Program-made: the position numbers and the translations under genes
Assembly (NCBI GenBank): GCA_965649165.1
Contig: CBFGJT010000001.1
Coordinates: 139,853-203,852 of the forward strand
DNA from: a candidate division WOR-3 bacterium
GTDB taxonomy: Bacteria; Hydrothermota; Tepidihabitantia; Tepidihabitantales; Tepidihabitantaceae
Direction of reading: 5' to 3'
Length of the DNA stretch: 64,000 nucleotides
In this document: piece by piece, positions 39,928 through 48,363 of the stretch
Numbering within the stretch: position 1 is the stretch's first letter
How the letters are laid out: every line of letters begins with the position of its first letter
Notes under the pieces: model-generated
Database searches by the model: none
Seen by the model: only the letters and a program-made list of their open reading frames with translations
What the model was told of the DNA's origin: nothing

Positions 39928-40503
39928 CTAATAAACAACTACGACACCGGAAGGAATTACTTTTGCTCTGACTTGGCGGATGCCGTTGCGTCGTTTGGCA
40001 TAAACCCGAATCCGGTAGTTGTAGCCGGTTCGGGGTTCAAATCCGACGATCGTGCCCGCGATGCTGCGGTTGGGTTTGGAAGGACCTGCCCAAATGAAGA
40101 CGATGGTTTCAATGATCGCCATCGGGTCATAGTAAAACGATTCACGGTCTTCGGGGGAAAGTCCCTTGAAGACCTCGCCGGCGATTTCAACATGAGAGTG
40201 GAAGTTGCCCAGAAAGCGGAGGTGAAATCGGAAACTGAGTTCGCGGCGCCGCCTGATCACCCGCCGGATCATCGCCCAGTCCCGGAAGGTGATGCCGGTC
40301 CGGCTCTTTTCTCCGCCTCGATAGTAGCATACCCGGCGGACTACCAGTCGATGTTCATGGTTGATGGTGCCGAAGAGGAAACCGAATGTTTCCCGTTTGA
40401 ACTTGGCTTCATACCCCCGGCGGGCAAAACTGCACAGTTCGCGGACCGCCGACTCTTCAAACAGAATCGGGGCCCGGAAGCGCACGAGCGGGTGGATTGA
40501 CAT
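39928..40503 (-). CDS. JAB/MPN+ (Mov34) domain metalloprotein, Arg-rich
   Basis: RETFGFLFG (catalytic Glu); GNFHSH; LSPED (JAMM E...HxH...SxxD); 29 Arg in 191 aa. Confidence 0.75.
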   Translation of the reverse strand: MSIHPLVRFRAPILFEESAVRELCSFARRGYEAKFKRETFGFLFGTINHEHRLVVRRVCYYRGGEKSRTGITFRDWAMIRRVIRRRRELSFRFHLRFLGNFHSHVEIAGEVFKGLSPEDRESFYYDPMAIIETIVFIWAGPSKPNRSIAGTIVGFEPRTGYNYRIRVYAKRRNGIRQVRAKVIPSGVVVVY

Positions 40504-40510
40504 TAGCTTT

Positions 40511-40538
40511 ATTTTAGCACTCGCCCGCAGCAGGTCAA
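40511..40538 (-). promoter_or_regulatory. Promoter of the JAB gene (leaderless)
   Basis: TTGACC, 16 nt, TAAAAT with TGn extension; ATG 7 nt downstream; no SD. Confidence 0.6.
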
Positions 40539-40546
40539 ATCATGAT

Positions 40547-40618
40547 AAAAAATGCCGCTGGAGGGCCTATGCCACGATGGTTGATACGCCAACCAGGGCA
40601 ATCGCCCGACCAGCAGCA
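40547..40618 (-). ncRNA. Candidate small structured RNA (four-way junction ending in U6)
   Basis: UGCUGCUGG/CCAGCGGCA closing stem; hairpins GGGC-GAUU-GCCC, UGGUUG-GCGUAU-CAACCA, GGC-AUAG-GCC; UUUUUU tail; promoter-like motif ends 5 nt before the stem. Confidence 0.45.
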
Positions 40619-40623
40619 GAAAA

Positions 40624-40651
40624 TAAATACAATAGCTTTTTTCGATGTCAA
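40624..40651 (-). promoter_or_regulatory. Putative promoter of the candidate sRNA
   Basis: TTGACA, 16 nt, TATTTA (the -10 lacks the final T). Confidence 0.4.
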
Positions 40652-40686
40652 GCAATTTTCTGGTGCTGTCGGAGAGTAAAATTAAT

Positions 40687-40714
40687 TTGAATTGAGGCGG
40701 TAAAAAATTATATT
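40687..40714 (+). promoter_or_regulatory. Promoter of pcm (leaderless)
   Basis: TTGAAT, 16 nt, TATATT; GTG start 5 nt downstream. Confidence 0.5.
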
Positions 40715-40719
40715 TTTCT

Positions 40720-41376
40720 GTGGAATCAAAAAATGAATTCAGTCAGCGTCGGAAGCTGATGGTAGAAGAACAGATTGCTGCCCGCGGTGTCAAGGACGAG
40801 CGGCTTCTGACGGCGATGCTGAAGGTGCCGAGACATCTTTTTGTCCCGGAAGGTTTTGTGCATCAGGCTTATGAAGATTATCCTTTGCCGATCGGTCATG
40901 GGCAGACAATTTCTCAGCCCTATATTGTGGCGGTAATGACCGAGGCATTGCAGGTTGGGAAGCAGCACCGGGTGTTGGAGGTTGGCACCGGTTCTGGTTA
41001 TCAGACCGCCCTTCTGGCGGAACTGGCGGGAATGGTATATACAGTGGAAATAATTGAGGAACTTTCGATCCGGGCGCGGCAGATTCTCAACCGGCTGGAT
41101 TACCGGAACATCAGGTTCAAAGTCGATGATGGCAATGAGGGTTGGAAGGAGTTCGCCCCCTATGACCGGATTATCGTTACCGCTGCGGCAGAGTCAATTC
41201 CTTATGCCCTTGTCGAGCAATTGAAGGAGCAGGGCCGGCTGGTAGCACCGGTGGGACCGGTAGGGGCACAGAGTCTGATTTTAGGGGTGAAGCACGGGCA
41301 ACGGCTGGTGCAGCGATCATTGATGAGCGTGGTATTTGTGCCACTGGTGCGGAGCAAGCCTTCTGTTGACTGCTGA
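40720..41376 (+). CDS. pcm: Protein-L-isoaspartate O-methyltransferase
   Basis: VPRHLFVP; LPIGHGQTISQPYIVA; LEVGTGSGYQ; APYDRIIVTAA; FVPLV. Confidence 0.95.
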   Translation: MESKNEFSQRRKLMVEEQIAARGVKDERLLTAMLKVPRHLFVPEGFVHQAYEDYPLPIGHGQTISQPYIVAVMTEALQVGKQHRVLEVGTGSGYQTALLAELAGMVYTVEIIEELSIRARQILNRLDYRNIRFKVDDGNEGWKEFAPYDRIIVTAAAESIPYALVEQLKEQGRLVAPVGPVGAQSLILGVKHGQRLVQRSLMSVVFVPLVRSKPSVDC

Positions 41377-41393
41377 AATAATTCTTTTATATT
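41366..41393 (+). promoter_or_regulatory. Promoter of tRNA-Pro (and probably the hpt-ade operon)
   Basis: TTGACT (41366-41371), 16 nt, TATATT (41388-41393). Confidence 0.65.
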
Positions 41394-41401
41394 GTCATTG
41401 G

Positions 41402-41476
41402 CGGGGCGTAGCGCAGCTGGTTTAGCGCGCTTGGTTCGGGACCAAGAGGTCGCTGGTTCAAATCCAGTCGCCCCGA
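41402..41476 (+). tRNA. tRNA-Pro (CGG); CCA not encoded
   Basis: CGGGGCGTAGCGCAGCTGGTTTAGCGCGCTTGGTTCGGGACCAAGAGGTCGCTGGTTCAAATCCAGTCGCCCCGA. Confidence 0.96.
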
Positions 41477-41501
41477 TTTCAATTTACCGCTTGGATTGGG
41501 A

Positions 41502-42056
41502 ATGACCATCAGTATGCCGGCACCGGATCAGGCGCGGGTAAGAGTTCTCATTTCTGCCGATGATATCGCTAAGCGGGTTAGGGAGCTGGCGGAGCAGATT
41601 TCTGCCGATTATGCGGGCACGACTCCGCTGGTTGTCGGGATCCTCAAGGGCTCCTGGATTTTTCTGGCGGATCTGGTGCGGCAGCTAACCGTGCCCGTTT
41701 ACATTGATTTTCTCACCGTTTCCAGTTACGGGGCAAGTACCAAGAGTTCGGGGGTGGTAAAGATTGTTATGGACCTGAAATGCCCGCTGGAAGACCGGGA
41801 TGTGCTGGTGGTGGAGGATATCCTGGATTCGGGATTGACATTAAAATATATTATGAGACATCTGGAACTGCGCAAGCCGAAGAGTCTGAAGTTGTGTGTG
41901 CTGATGGACAAACCGGCGCGCCGGCAGGTTGAGATCGAGCCGGACTATCTGGGGTTTACCGTGCCGAATAAGTTTGTGGTCGGTTACGGGGCAGATTTTG
42001 CTGAAGCCTTTCGTAATCTGCCGTTTATCGGGTATATTGAAAATCTGGATAAGTAA
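41502..42056 (+). CDS. hpt: Hypoxanthine phosphoribosyltransferase (start uncertain: 41496, 41502 or 41514)
   Basis: GILKGSWIFLADL; SSYG; VLVVEDILDSGLTL PRPP motif; FVVGYGAD. Confidence 0.93.
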   Translation: MTISMPAPDQARVRVLISADDIAKRVRELAEQISADYAGTTPLVVGILKGSWIFLADLVRQLTVPVYIDFLTVSSYGASTKSSGVVKIVMDLKCPLEDRDVLVVEDILDSGLTLKYIMRHLELRKPKSLKLCVLMDKPARRQVEIEPDYLGFTVPNKFVVGYGADFAEAFRNLPFIGYIENLDK

Positions 42057-42058
42057 TC

Positions 42059-43810
42059 ATGAAGAGAAGCAAAACTCCTGATCCTTCAGTTTCTGGTGAT
42101 TTGCTTGCAGTTGCCCGGGGCGAGGCGCCGGCAGACCTGCTGCTTTGCGGCGGGCAGGTGGTGGATGTGTTTACTGGTGAAGTCCGACGGGCAGATGTGG
42201 CGATCAAAAACGGAATTATTGCCGGCGTGGGTGAAGGTTACGAGCGGGCAAATAGTGTAATTGATATCCGGGGGTGCTATGTCGCCCCCGGTTTTATTGA
42301 GGGACATATCCATATTGAAAGTTCGCTTTTGTCGGTGACTGAGTTTGTCCGGTTGTGCCTGATCAACGGAACAACCACGGTAATCGCTGATCCGCATGAA
42401 CTGGCGAATGTCCTGGGAGTCAGTGGTATTGAATATGTCATCCGGGCGAGCCGGAATCTTCCTGCCGATATCTATATCATGGTGCCCTCCTGTGTTCCGG
42501 CGACGCGAATGGAGACATCAGGAGCAAAGCTGGGGGGTAGGGAGATTGAGCGGTTGCTGAAGATGCCGGAGGTGCTCGGCCTTGCCGAGTTGATGAACTA
42601 TCCGGGTGTCATCTGGGGTGATTCTGAGGTGCTGGGAAAACTGGCGTTGGCAAAAAGGGCGGGAAAAGTGATCGATGGCCACAGTCCGGGGCTGACCGGA
42701 CTTCTACTGCAGGCATATGCCGGTGCGGGAATCGGCTCGGACCACGAGTCGGTAGGGGTGCAGGAGGTGCGGGAGAAGCTGCGGGCAGGGATGAGGGTTT
42801 TTATTCGGGAGGGCTCAGCTGCCCGGAATCTGGCGGCGATTCTGCCGGTGGTGAATGATTTCAATCTGCGCCGGTTCTGTCTTGTGTCCGATGACCGCGA
42901 TCCGCAGGATTTGCTCAAGGATGGTCATCTGAATGCGGTATTGCGCCGGGCAGTAAATGCGGGTATGCAACCGGTAGCGGCGATACAGATGGTTACGCTC
43001 AATCCTGCAGAGTATTTTCGTCTTTATGACCGGGGTGCGGTGGCACCGGGATTGCTGGCGGACCTGGTGGTGCTGAGAAGTCTGAGTGATGTGAATGTGG
43101 AACTGGTGATAAAGAATGGCAGACCGGTTGTCCGGGAGAGGCGATTGCTGGAGAAACTGCCGGAGGTCCGCGACCGGAAGGTGATGAACACCGTGCGGGT
43201 CAAGGAACTCGTACCGGGAGATTTTGTAATTAAGGCTGAAGGGGAGCTGTGCAATGTGATCCGGGTTGTGCCCGGACAGATTTTAACTGAGCATCATGTT
43301 CAGCGGGCACCCGTCAGAAATGGACTGGTGACAGCGGATCCGGGACGGGATCTGCTGAAGATCGTGGTAATTGAAAGACACCGGGGAACTGGCAGAATGG
43401 GTAAAGGGCTGGTTGCCGGCTTCGGGTTGAAGAAGGGAGCGCTCGGGACCACCGTGGCGCATGATTCTCACAATATGATTATCATCGGCACCAATGACCG
43501 GGATATGCTGATTGCGGCACGGACACTGATAAGAATGGGCGGTGGTTATGTGGCGGTTGCCGATGGCAAGGTGGCAGCAGCACTCCCCCTGCCGATCGCC
43601 GGTCTAATGTCAGACCGGTCTGCACAGGAGGTTGTTACCCGGTTGAAGGTGCTTTTGGCAAAGGCGCGGAACTGGGGCTGCCGGCTGGACAATCCGTTCA
43701 TGACCCTCTCGTTTCTTTCGCTGCCGGTAATCCCCGAGCTGAAAATAACCGACGGGGGGTTGATTGATGTTAACCGGTTTCAGCCGATCAGTTTATTTGC
43801 TGAGAAATAG
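42059..43810 (+). CDS. ade: Adenine deaminase
   Basis: PGFIEGHIHIESS; ADPHELANV; LAELMNYPGV; IDGHSP; SDHE; REGSAARNL; VAHDSHN. Confidence 0.93.
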   Translation: MKRSKTPDPSVSGDLLAVARGEAPADLLLCGGQVVDVFTGEVRRADVAIKNGIIAGVGEGYERANSVIDIRGCYVAPGFIEGHIHIESSLLSVTEFVRLCLINGTTTVIADPHELANVLGVSGIEYVIRASRNLPADIYIMVPSCVPATRMETSGAKLGGREIERLLKMPEVLGLAELMNYPGVIWGDSEVLGKLALAKRAGKVIDGHSPGLTGLLLQAYAGAGIGSDHESVGVQEVREKLRAGMRVFIREGSAARNLAAILPVVNDFNLRRFCLVSDDRDPQDLLKDGHLNAVLRRAVNAGMQPVAAIQMVTLNPAEYFRLYDRGAVAPGLLADLVVLRSLSDVNVELVIKNGRPVVRERRLLEKLPEVRDRKVMNTVRVKELVPGDFVIKAEGELCNVIRVVPGQILTEHHVQRAPVRNGLVTADPGRDLLKIVVIERHRGTGRMGKGLVAGFGLKKGALGTTVAHDSHNMIIIGTNDRDMLIAARTLIRMGGGYVAVADGKVAAALPLPIAGLMSDRSAQEVVTRLKVLLAKARNWGCRLDNPFMTLSFLSLPVIPELKITDGGLIDVNRFQPISLFAEK

Positions 43811-44276
43811 GCTGTTTGTAGGTGTGATTGGTGCCGGTGAATGTGATACCGAACTGGCGGCAGAGGCCCGGACACTGGGGCAGGAACTGGCAGCAGCTGG
43901 TGCGGTGGTCGTCTGCGGCGGCATGGGGGGGGTGATGCGAGCGGTATGTCAGGGGGCACTGGAGCGGGGCGGGTTAACGATCGGCATCATACCCGGCTCT
44001 GAGCGGTCGCAGGCAAATGAGTTTGTGGCATTGCCGATCGCTACCGGTTTCGGCGAGGCGCGCAATTTGATAATCATCAGGACAGCTGATATACTGATTG
44101 CGATCGGGGGTTCCTATGGCACACTTTCGGAGATCGGTTTTGCCCTGAAGATGGGGAAGAGGGTAATCGGTTTGAAGACTTGGGAGATTGATGGAGTGGA
44201 AAGAGTAGCATCGGTCGAAGAGGTTTTGACAAGATTAAATAAAAGGAGGATAGAATGGCAGCAAAGGAGTATTTGA
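43797..44276 (+). CDS. TIGR00725 / LOG-family Rossmann-fold nucleotide-binding protein (start uncertain)
   Basis: VGVIGAG; VCGGMGGVM; TIGIIP; ATGFGEARN; GGSYGTLSEI. Confidence 0.85.
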   Translation: MLRNRLFVGVIGAGECDTELAAEARTLGQELAAAGAVVVCGGMGGVMRAVCQGALERGGLTIGIIPGSERSQANEFVALPIATGFGEARNLIIIRTADILIAIGGSYGTLSEIGFALKMGKRVIGLKTWEIDGVERVASVEEVLTRLNKRRIEWQQRSI

Positions 44277-45751
44277 ATTTTATCAACGGCAGATATGTAC
44301 CTGCCCGGACTGGTAAAAGCTATGAGAACCGCAACCCAGCAGACACCTCGGATCTGATCGGAACCTTTCCGGCCTCCGGACCGGAGGATGTGAATGATGC
44401 GGTTGCGGCGGCAAAGGCGGCTTATCCAAAATGGCGGGCGGTCCCGGCACCACAGCGGGGCGAGATTATCCGGCGTGCCACCGAGATTCTCGTCCGGCGC
44501 AAGGAGGAGCTTGCTCGGCTGATGACAAGAGAAATGGGCAAGGTTTTGAAAGAGACCAGAGGTGATATCCAGGAGGCAATTGACACCGGGTTTTACGCCG
44601 CGGGTGAGAGCCGGCGGCTGTGGGGCAAAGTTGTACCCAGCGAACTCCCCAACAAGGCAGCTTTTGTTACCAGGCAGCCGATGGGGGTCTGGGGGATGAT
44701 CTGTCCCTGGAACTTTCCGATGGCAATTCCATCTTGGAAGTTGTTTCCTGCCTTGATCTGCGGTAACACCGCAGTCATCAAGCCGGCAACTCTGACACCA
44801 GCTTCGGTTCATGAATTTGTTGCAGCACTGACTGAAGCCGGTGTGCCCGCCGGGGTGGTGAATGTTGTTTATGGTGAAGGGTCAGTGGTTGGAGAGGCAT
44901 TGCTCAATCATCCGGATATCTGCGGGATTTCGTTTACCGGGTCATCGGTGATCGGCAAACGGATAGCCGAGGTTTGCGGTCGCCAGTTGAAACGGTGCTC
45001 ACTGGAACTCGGAGGCAAGAATGCCCAGATTGTACTTAAGGATGCGGATCTAAGTCTTGCGCTGGAAGGGGTGATCTGGGGTGCCTTCGGTACAACCGGT
45101 CAGCGCTGCACCGCTACTTCTCGGCTGATTCTTGAGGATGAAATTCATGACCGTTTTCTGGAGATGGTGGTGGAGAGGGCAAAACAGTTGAAGGTGGGCA
45201 ACGGTCTGGATGAGTCGGTAGAGATGGGGCCGCTGGTGAGCGAGGGACAGCGGCAAACGACCCATCGTTATGTGGAAATCGGCAAAAGTGAAGGGGCACG
45301 GCTAGCATGCGGTGGTGCGCCCCTTACCAGTGGTGATTACAGCCGGGGCTATTTCTATCCGCCGACGATCTTCGTCGAGGTCACTCCGAATATGCGCATC
45401 GCCCGGGAAGAGATATTCGGACCGGTGCTTTCAGTTATCAGGGTACGCAATTTCGATGAGGCGATTGAGGTCCTTAATAATACCCCCTACGGCCTGTCGT
45501 CTTCAATCTACACCCGTGATGTCAATCTGGCGATGAAGGCGATTGAACGGATCGAAGCCGGAATTACATATGTGAATGCCCCGACGATCGGTGCAGAATG
45601 CCATTTGCCATTTGGCGGAGTCAAAGAGACGGGCAACGGACACCGGGAGGGTGGCTGGACCGCCTATGAAATTTTCTCCGAGCTGAAGACGGTCTATATT
45701 GATTATTCAGGAGCCCTGCAGAGGGCACAGATTGATACCGCAAAGGATTAG
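44255..45751 (+). CDS. NAD(P)-dependent aldehyde dehydrogenase
   Basis: PWNFP; GISFTGS; LELGGKN; GQRCTA catalytic Cys; EEIFGP; PFGGVKETG. Confidence 0.93.
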   Translation: MAAKEYLNFINGRYVPARTGKSYENRNPADTSDLIGTFPASGPEDVNDAVAAAKAAYPKWRAVPAPQRGEIIRRATEILVRRKEELARLMTREMGKVLKETRGDIQEAIDTGFYAAGESRRLWGKVVPSELPNKAAFVTRQPMGVWGMICPWNFPMAIPSWKLFPALICGNTAVIKPATLTPASVHEFVAALTEAGVPAGVVNVVYGEGSVVGEALLNHPDICGISFTGSSVIGKRIAEVCGRQLKRCSLELGGKNAQIVLKDADLSLALEGVIWGAFGTTGQRCTATSRLILEDEIHDRFLEMVVERAKQLKVGNGLDESVEMGPLVSEGQRQTTHRYVEIGKSEGARLACGGAPLTSGDYSRGYFYPPTIFVEVTPNMRIAREEIFGPVLSVIRVRNFDEAIEVLNNTPYGLSSSIYTRDVNLAMKAIERIEAGITYVNAPTIGAECHLPFGGVKETGNGHREGGWTAYEIFSELKTVYIDYSGALQRAQIDTAKD

Positions 45752-45759
45752 CCGGGTCG

Positions 45760-46353
45760 GTGGCGACAATCGAAGTTGACCGGCTGAGTAAGAATTTTCG
45801 TGGGCTAGTTACAGTCGACCATCTTTCCTTTGCTGTTAATAAAGGGGAGATTTTCGGATTTCTTAAGGATATTCTAGTGGTACCTGTCCCGCGGACATTA
45901 ATTGTCATTGGCAAGGTACTTGCCGGCACAACCCTTTCACTGATTCAGGGGTGTATCATTCTGCTGCTGGCGCCGCTCGTCCGGGTGAAGCTGGTGCTGG
46001 TGAACATTCTACCACTGATTCTGGTGATGGGAGTGATGTCCTTTGCCCTGACCGGTATCGGGATCGTGATTGCCGCCCGGATGACCTCGTTTCAGGGGTT
46101 CAGCTCAATCATGAATTTTATAATCATGCCGCTGTGGTTTCTCAGCGGTGCCCTTTATCCGCTTGAGGGTTTGTCTTGGTGGCTGGGACTGTTGGTTCGT
46201 ATCAATCCGTTGACCTATGGTGTGGATATGATCCGTCGGTTGGTTCTCGGATTTTCCTTCAATCCTCCCGGGTTTAATCTCGCATTTCTGGCAGGTTTCA
46301 CCATTATGACAACAATGGGGGTAGTCTATTTCTTTAATCGCGGGGAATACTGA
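45760..46353 (+). pseudogene. In-frame chimera: first 35 aa of an ABC ATPase joined to the C-terminal part of an ABC-2 permease
   Basis: IEVDRLSKNF...DHLSFAVNKGEIFGFL stops just before the expected Walker A and continues as KDILVVPVPR...GKVL...FLSGALYP...NPLTYGVD (ABC-2 permease). Confidence 0.75.
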
Positions 46354-46363
46354 AGGCGAAGGG

Positions 46364-47320
46364 GTGGCGGGTAATAGATCTGAAAATTATTCCTGCTCAC
46401 AGTTGAGCGTTCAATTGCGTCTTAATGTTGAGCGTTTGTGGCAGGTTCTGCAGGAAATCAGACCCCCAAAAAAGTATGTTAATCTGGAGGGCGGTGGTAT
46501 TGAGCAGCAGCACGACTGGCGGCTGCGGCTGCATCATTGTGCCAATTATGCTGCGGCGTTGACAATTCTGAAACAGGAAAACCGACGTTTGCGACTCTTG
46601 GAGCTGGGCTGTGGCACCGGCGCACTTTCCTATGGACTGGCACGGATTATGCCGTCGGAATGGAGCTTGATGGCGACAGACTATTCGCGGGATCTGATTG
46701 ATTATGCCCGTCAGCGGTATTCGACTACGAATCTTGTGTTTGACTGTCTTGATGTTAAAGACATTTCCTCATCGGCACTACTGGAGTTCGATGCGGTGCT
46801 GATGCTGGAACTGATTGAACACCTGAATTGTCGGGAAACTAAAGAACTTCTCCACCGGCTGGGAGCGGGGCTGAAACCTGCCAGTCTGGTGGTAATTTCC
46901 ACTCCGGATCGTTCCGCCTTCCCGCGTGACCATTCCGGTTATTATCACCATAAAATTGAATACCGGTATTCCACTCTGTTTCAGTTTCTCAGCGGTCTGC
47001 AGAACAATCCGTTCCGCAGTTTCGAGCTTTATCAGATAGTTGCGCCAGGAATCGTCCGGGCAGCGGTCCGGTCTGAAAGAACGGGTGGTTACTTCCTCAA
47101 TCGGTTTGCCAGATTGATTGAGCGGCTGAGTTCCCATCAAGTTCATGTTCGTCACTACCAGAGAAGAGTGTTGAGCTGGTTAAGTTTGGTCTTCTGGCGA
47201 TTGACCGGTGGCGGGCAGAGATGTGACATCACCCGGCTGCTTGACGATTTTCAGTTGATCGGGACTGATACCGGAGATCATCAGCTTTCATTCAGTCTGG
47301 TCGCAGTGCTGAGAAAATGA
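46364..47320 (+). CDS. Class I SAM-dependent methyltransferase
   Basis: LLELGCGTG motif I; ATDYS; LELIEHL; VISTP. Confidence 0.8.
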   Translation: MAGNRSENYSCSQLSVQLRLNVERLWQVLQEIRPPKKYVNLEGGGIEQQHDWRLRLHHCANYAAALTILKQENRRLRLLELGCGTGALSYGLARIMPSEWSLMATDYSRDLIDYARQRYSTTNLVFDCLDVKDISSSALLEFDAVLMLELIEHLNCRETKELLHRLGAGLKPASLVVISTPDRSAFPRDHSGYYHHKIEYRYSTLFQFLSGLQNNPFRSFELYQIVAPGIVRAAVRSERTGGYFLNRFARLIERLSSHQVHVRHYQRRVLSWLSLVFWRLTGGGQRCDITRLLDDFQLIGTDTGDHQLSFSLVAVLRK

Positions 47321-48363
47321 AACGGAAGAGACTGGAAATTCCTGATGTGCTGGTATATCAGCATGGGTGTCTGCGGATTATCGATCAGCGGGGTCTGCCA
47401 TCAAGGGTGATCTACCGGAAGCTGAGCAGCGTCCCGGCGGTTGCCGACGCAATTCGACAGTTGCAGATTCGCGGTGCACCATGGATCGGAGTTGCGGCGG
47501 CATACGGGATGGCAGTGGCGGCAGAGCGGTCAGGCGACCGGGAACTGATTACCGGGTTGAGAAAAGCCGCTGAAATTCTGATGGCGGCACGTCCGACTGC
47601 GGTCAATCTTGGCTGGGCGGTGGGCAGGATAATGGAAGTTGTTGAGCACTCAAAAGGCATTTCTCCAGCAGTGTTGCGGTGCCGGGTAATTAAGGAGGCG
47701 AAGGCGATTGAGGATAATGAGCGCCGCCGGTCCCTGGCAATTGCCCGTCACGGTGCGAAACTTGTGCCGGAAAACGGAACCGTCCTGACTATCTGTAATA
47801 CCGGGATGCTCGCTGGACCCGGATTAGGAACAGCACTTGGAGTGATCTATCAGGCTTATCAGGAGGGGAAAAATCCGCTGGTATATGTCTGTGAAACTCG
47901 GCCGCTACTCCAAGGTGCCCGGCTGACCGCTTGGGAGTTGAAGCGGGGAGGCATCAATTTCCGGCTAATTGTTGACAGTGCCAGTGCCAGCGTGATTGAG
48001 CATTGTGACCTCGTAATTGTCGGAGCAGACCGGATTGCAGCCAATGGCGATACTGCAAATAAAATCGGGACGCGGATGCTGGCGTTACTAGCTAATGCCA
48101 CCGGCAAACCGTTTTATGTCGCAGCCCCGTCATCCACGTTTGATCCGGAGATTAGCAACGGCAAGGAAATTCCGATTGAAATCCGCAGTGGTGATGAGGT
48201 GACCCGGATCGGCACCTACGGGGTGGCACCAGCCGGAACAGCCGCTTATAATCCGGCATTCGATGTCACCCCGGCGCGTTATATCGCCGGATTTATTACC
48301 GAAAAAGGTGTTGTCCGTCCGCCTTACCGGAACCGTCTTGTCCGGTGCTTCACTCGGTGGTAA
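47317..48363 (+). CDS. mtnA: S-methyl-5-thioribose-1-phosphate isomerase
   Basis: IDQRGLP; IRGAPWIG; ARPTAVNL; LTICNTG; ETRPLLQGARLTAWEL; GADRIAANGDTANKIGT; NPAFDVTP. Confidence 0.92.
   Translation: MKRKRLEIPDVLVYQHGCLRIIDQRGLPSRVIYRKLSSVPAVADAIRQLQIRGAPWIGVAAAYGMAVAAERSGDRELITGLRKAAEILMAARPTAVNLGWAVGRIMEVVEHSKGISPAVLRCRVIKEAKAIEDNERRRSLAIARHGAKLVPENGTVLTICNTGMLAGPGLGTALGVIYQAYQEGKNPLVYVCETRPLLQGARLTAWELKRGGINFRLIVDSASASVIEHCDLVIVGADRIAANGDTANKIGTRMLALLANATGKPFYVAAPSSTFDPEISNGKEIPIEIRSGDEVTRIGTYGVAPAGTAAYNPAFDVTPARYIAGFITEKGVVRPPYRNRLVRCFTRW

Noticed and set aside
39973-40500. 175-aa + strand ORF opposite the JAB gene
   Set aside because: The minus-strand frame has JAMM motifs and its own promoter; the + frame has no motif, promoter or SD.
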